DNA of 64,000 nucleotides from Neophaeotheca triangularis (Eukaryota). This document shows, in pieces, positions 59,934 through 64,000 of the stretch; within the stretch, counting starts at the first letter, position 1, and each line of letters starts with the position of its first letter. Location of the stretch: the NCBI GenBank assembly GCA_054600435.1, contig BAAIJX010000012.1, forward strand, positions 310,001 through 374,000, in the 5' to 3' direction. Made by a program: the position numbers and the translations under genes. Below the pieces are notes generated by a model. It was not told where the DNA came from and made no database searches. It saw only the letters and a program-made list of their open reading frames with translations.

Positions 59934-62168
59934 CGTTTGAGGGTGCGTCCACTTGCATTTCGTTTCTCTCTCGCTATGTGGATTCCATATTTCTGGTTGT
60001 TCTACTTGAGACCTGGGCGTTCCTCCGGCGATCTCTCGAAAAGCGCGGAGAAGTCACGCATCAACGCATGAAGGCAGGTTGAGAGGAGCTTCCTCAGCAT
60101 CCACGGAAGCAGCAGCGACGGTCCGCATCACTTTGCTTGCCCGAGACAAGAGCTGGGACAAAGTAAAATGTATCGCGACGTGTAAGACGGCACCCTCCAG
60201 TGCTACACGCGTATTCCAACATATTTCGAGAGCGCAGTATGTGACCCTAGAAGTGCCAAACAATCATTTGCCTTAACACCTAGCCGAGATCCCTGAAGGC
60301 TATGGCTGGCTCTTTTGCCTAGTGTTCGACACCATACTATACTGACAGCTCAACACCATTGCCTAGCCGTTCGATATCGCGGGCTTAGTCTCTCACTCCA
60401 CCGAAAAGCTCCGCCCGTTCAACAACACGTCTCCCACCCTTACCAAACAACATGTGCCTCCAACGCTAGCGATCCTACAGCTGCGATCACGTCCTCTCCC
60501 TCACGTATGCCTGTACCCCTGTGGAGCCCTTCGCTCGGAAAAGTGCATAAAGGCTCCGGGGCAGGCGTCAAAAGCCGGACCTGTCTGAGTTGCCGGGAGG
60601 GAGAGCCCTTGGGGTTTTTGGCGCCGCAATCTCTGGCTCCTGATGCGTTGCCCATCGTGGGTGCAGGATCGGGTGCGAGTTCATTGAACCATGATGCTCA
60701 TGAAAAGGTGTTGCTGAATCGAGGGCGAGGGCGTAGGAGCCGCCCGTGATCGATGCGAAGGAGACTTTTGACGACAGTCTTCCTTCCGTGAACGAGTTGC
60801 AGCACGATAGCGGTACTAAAAGCAGCGGGAGGACGAGGAGGCGGCGGGGATTCTCGCGGCACTTGCTAAGTTCACCGGAAAGATGCGGCTGGGTGTAAGT
60901 ACTGCCCAGGAGAATCGTTGGCTCCTCTCGAGAAGGGTATTGCCACTGTAGATAATGATTGAATATTCCTTTTCCAACGCTCTAGCATACTTGATACAAT
61001 ACGGATATGAGCTGCACCTCCAGGCTCGACCACGCGGGCGTTCACACTTCCCTTGCTACACTCGCTTGCCCCGGGAAGTTCATTGCCAGAGCCTCATCTG
61101 GAACCCACGTAGTCGGCCGGCGACAGCCAAATCCCGCATCCGACGGGACTTAAGTGCGCGTAGACTACGCGACGCTTACCACACCCAGTATCGTTCAAGC
61201 CCTAAGCGTATTCACGTCGAAGATGGCATTTTGCGAGTTGCGACAAGCGCGCGTCTGCTTTCAGTCTTTCCCAACATTAAGGTTTTGCGGCGTACCTAAT
61301 CTAAGAATCGTCACTGAGCCTCAAAGCAGCTCTGACAGTTCCTATCGACGAGTCAACTCCCGGCCACGACCACTGACCACCACGACCCAGGGAACATCTG
61401 CCTCATTCCAGAAACACACGTGACGAGATGCCAGAACGGTTGTGCCGCGTGCAGACATTGGGACCCTAAGTGTGCCAGGTAAAATCCACCAGCATGCTAC
61501 AGTTCGAAGTGAACGACAGAGCTGATTCTCGAGGTCCAGCGGCAAGGATATCTTGGCGGAGAATAATCGTTGAAATGGCATGGCAACGGCCTCCGAGAGC
61601 ATCCGAAACCTCCTGCTGATATCATAATCGACAAATTCGGGGGTTCGCAAGGCTGGATCTCATCCGAATCGTGGTTAATCTTATGAAAATCTGAAATCTG
61701 ATATATGCACTACCTAAACGATCGCGATATGTCGACGTCATACAAGCCTTCACCAAAATCTTCCTAACGGTTGTTCGTCGCGCTTGATCAGGGGTATCCC
61801 GCCTTGTCATTGGTTGGCGCGGGCAACTTTGACGACTTTGGAATCTGATCGTACCCTAAACCCGATCATCATCGTCCCGGCGTCTGCGGCTCTTGCGATT
61901 CACGCCGCTACATGCCGAAAAGAGTTTCTCTTTTTGACTTCTTCACTCGTTTGTAATCCATGACGATGTGTGGGACCTCGTTCGATGCGTGCTCGCTGTC
62001 TAATCGCCCGTGTTTGCGCGGGTTTGAACGTTAAGTACTACATAAGACTCGCCTTCGCCCCGTGTATTTCCCGTGTCTCTGCCCTACGACTTTCTCTACC
62101 GCTGTCCAGACAGCGCACACACATCTTTCTGGGGTTCTCGTAGACGGTTGGCTTTTCTCTCATAAGCC

Positions 62169-63983
62169 ATGGAGCTCTTCAGGGACACAGGCTTCGGCAA
62201 GACCGTCCGGTTCGTCACCAAAAACAAATACTTCCAATACCCAGAAGAGAAGGATTCTTCGATATGGACCAGAGCCATCGACGAGAAGCAATCTGGCAAC
62301 CTTGCACACCACGGGACGGCGGAGCCTCCTGAAGAGGGGCAGGAACCGCAGGGTCTCGGCGGCGTACGCACACGCGAGCAGAACGACCGGGCAGGCTCAG
62401 AGGGATCATCACAGACAAGAGTGGGTGGCGAAGAGGGCGTGAACGAGGCCAGCGGCGTCAAAGTCGACCCGGAGAAGGGCAAGGATGTGCACATGGTCAG
62501 TTGGTATGGGGACGACGACCCAGAAAACCCGATCAATTGGTCGCGCGGCAAAAAGTTCTTCGTTACAGCGCAGATCTGCTTGCTCACCGTCAGTGTATAC
62601 ATTGGCAGCGCCATCTACACGCCCGGAATCGAAAGCATCATAGCCATCTTCGGCGTCGGAAGCGTTGCCGCTAGGCTGGGTCTTTGTATCTTCGTCGCTG
62701 GTTACGGTATCGGTCCTATGCTTTGGAGCCCTATGAGCGAGATCCCCCAAATCGGAAGGAACCCAGTGTACCTGCTTACCCTGCTCGTCTTCGTTGCTTT
62801 CCAAGTGCCAACGGCATTGGCGACAAACTTTGGCATGTTCTTGGCCTTCCGCTTCCTCACTGGATTCTTCGGCTCTCCAGTTTTGGCCACTGGTGGCGCT
62901 TCGCTCGCAGACATGTATGTGCCGCAAAAGCGCGCCTATGCTATGACTATCTGGGGTCTCTTCGCCGTTTCAGGTCCAACAATGGGGCCTCTTGTCGGTG
63001 GCTTCGCAGTGCAATACGGTCCCGTCGGCTTCCCTGGCTTCACCGCCCCCTGGACATGGCCAATCTGGGAGCTGATGTTTCTATGCGCCTTCTGCCTCGT
63101 CTTCCTCTACTTCTGCCTCCCCGAGACCAGCGCCAACAACATTCTCATGCGCCGGACCATGCGCCTCCGCAAAATCACCGGCAACGACAAACTCACTTGC
63201 GGACCCGAACTGATGTCGGCCGAGATGACGCCCAAAGCCATCGCCATGATCTCGCTCGTCCGCCCCTTCACGCTCAACTTCACCGAGCCCATGGTATTTC
63301 TCCTGAACCTCTACATCGCTCTCGTCTACGGCCTCCTCTACATCTGGTTTGAGTCCTTCGTCATCGTCTTCGGCGAAATCTACGGCTTCAGCCTAGGCAT
63401 CCAGGGCGTCGCATACCTCGGCATTCTCATCGGCGCCCTCATCACTGTGCCTCCCTACTTCTGGTACCTCCACAGATACCTCGAGCCCAAGTTCGACTCC
63501 GAAGGCAACATCGAACCCGAGCAGCGTCTCATCCCAGCCTGCTTCGGCGCATTCTGCATCCCCATCTGTCTCTTTTGGTTCGGCTGGTCGGCCCGCGAGA
63601 GCGTCCACTGGATAATGCCCATCATCGGTAGCGCCTGGTTCAGTGTTGGTGCCGTCCTGCTCTTCAACTCGGTGCTCAACTACCTCGTAAGCTCTTTTCC
63701 CTCTTCCTCCACAAAACCCACACAAACTAACCCGCGGTTCCAGCCCGACGCATACCCCGAATACGCCGCCTCCGTACTGGCAGGCAACGATTTCTTCCGT
63801 AGCATGTTCGGAGCCGGCTTCCCACTTTTCGCAACCCAAATGTACCGTGACCTCGGCGTCGGGTGGGCCAGTAGCACTCTGGCCTTCTTGAGCATCGCTT
63901 TCATCCCCATTCCCTTTGTGCTGTACAAGTACGGACGCACGCTGCGGAAGGACTACAGCAAGCATGCTCGCAAGGACATTTGA
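62169..63983 (+). CDS. MFS drug:H+ antiporter (DHA1; Flr1/Caf5/Mdr1-like); in-frame intron 63687-63743
   Basis: WYGDDDPENPINW, GPMLWSPMSEIPQIGRNP, RFLTGFFGSPVLATGGA, PETS, PEQRL and YAASVLAGNDFFRS. Confidence 0.95.
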   Translation: MELFRDTGFGKTVRFVTKNKYFQYPEEKDSSIWTRAIDEKQSGNLAHHGTAEPPEEGQEPQGLGGVRTREQNDRAGSEGSSQTRVGGEEGVNEASGVKVDPEKGKDVHMVSWYGDDDPENPINWSRGKKFFVTAQICLLTVSVYIGSAIYTPGIESIIAIFGVGSVAARLGLCIFVAGYGIGPMLWSPMSEIPQIGRNPVYLLTLLVFVAFQVPTALATNFGMFLAFRFLTGFFGSPVLATGGASLADMYVPQKRAYAMTIWGLFAVSGPTMGPLVGGFAVQYGPVGFPGFTAPWTWPIWELMFLCAFCLVFLYFCLPETSANNILMRRTMRLRKITGNDKLTCGPELMSAEMTPKAIAMISLVRPFTLNFTEPMVFLLNLYIALVYGLLYIWFESFVIVFGEIYGFSLGIQGVAYLGILIGALITVPPYFWYLHRYLEPKFDSEGNIEPEQRLIPACFGAFCIPICLFWFGWSARESVHWIMPIIGSAWFSVGAVLLFNSVLNYLVSSFPSSSTKPTQTNPRFQPDAYPEYAASVLAGNDFFRSMFGAGFPLFATQMYRDLGVGWASSTLAFLSIAFIPIPFVLYKYGRTLRKDYSKHARKDI

Positions 63984-64000
63984 GGTGTTGAATGGTAATA

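Noticed and set aside
60054..60263. ORF in frame with the DUF6594-like gene across one TGA (possible readthrough or longer ancestral gene)
   Set aside because: The upstream peptide shows no recognisable conservation, and there is no support for readthrough.
51971..63983. Sugar porter, BVMO, secreted protein, DUF6594-like and DHA1 genes as a biosynthetic cluster
   Set aside because: There is no PKS, NRPS, terpene or DMATS core gene or cluster transcription factor in view, and the functions are not coherently linked.

Overview
Eukaryotic, gene-dense DNA from a filamentous ascomycete. Short GT-AG introns with CTRAC branch points and the gene content suggest Pezizomycotina; finer taxonomy is not determinable here. 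About 24 protein-coding genes can be reconstructed by splicing the ORF fragments: a CalB-like lipase, a CYP65-like P450, two DHA1 MFS transporters, an F-box protein, CUE5, CCDC25, a GH5 beta-mannanase, a short PI-PLC, ORC1, a DUF2293 protein, PRP46, NDUFB11, NUP84, ERV29, a sugar porter, a Baeyer-Villiger monooxygenase, a DUF6594-like protein and several hypothetical proteins. I found no intact transposon, CRISPR array, rRNA or core secondary-metabolite synthase, and no clear novel multi-gene system. The most interesting signals are: (1) a hidden, diverged ~320-bp tandem duplication at 51.1-51.7 kb that looks like a decayed repeat-protein gene; (2) a RIP-like TpA-rich relic at 33.7-34.4 kb; (3) an uncharacterised protein next to ORC1 whose motif order resembles KH repeats plus a triphosphate-tunnel (CYTH) fold; (4) a shared CGCGAA + TCACGTGA promoter module upstream of ORC1 and NUP84; (5) a degenerate tRNA-like element; and (6) several unusual splicing features. 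All family assignments come from motif recognition by eye, not from database searches.
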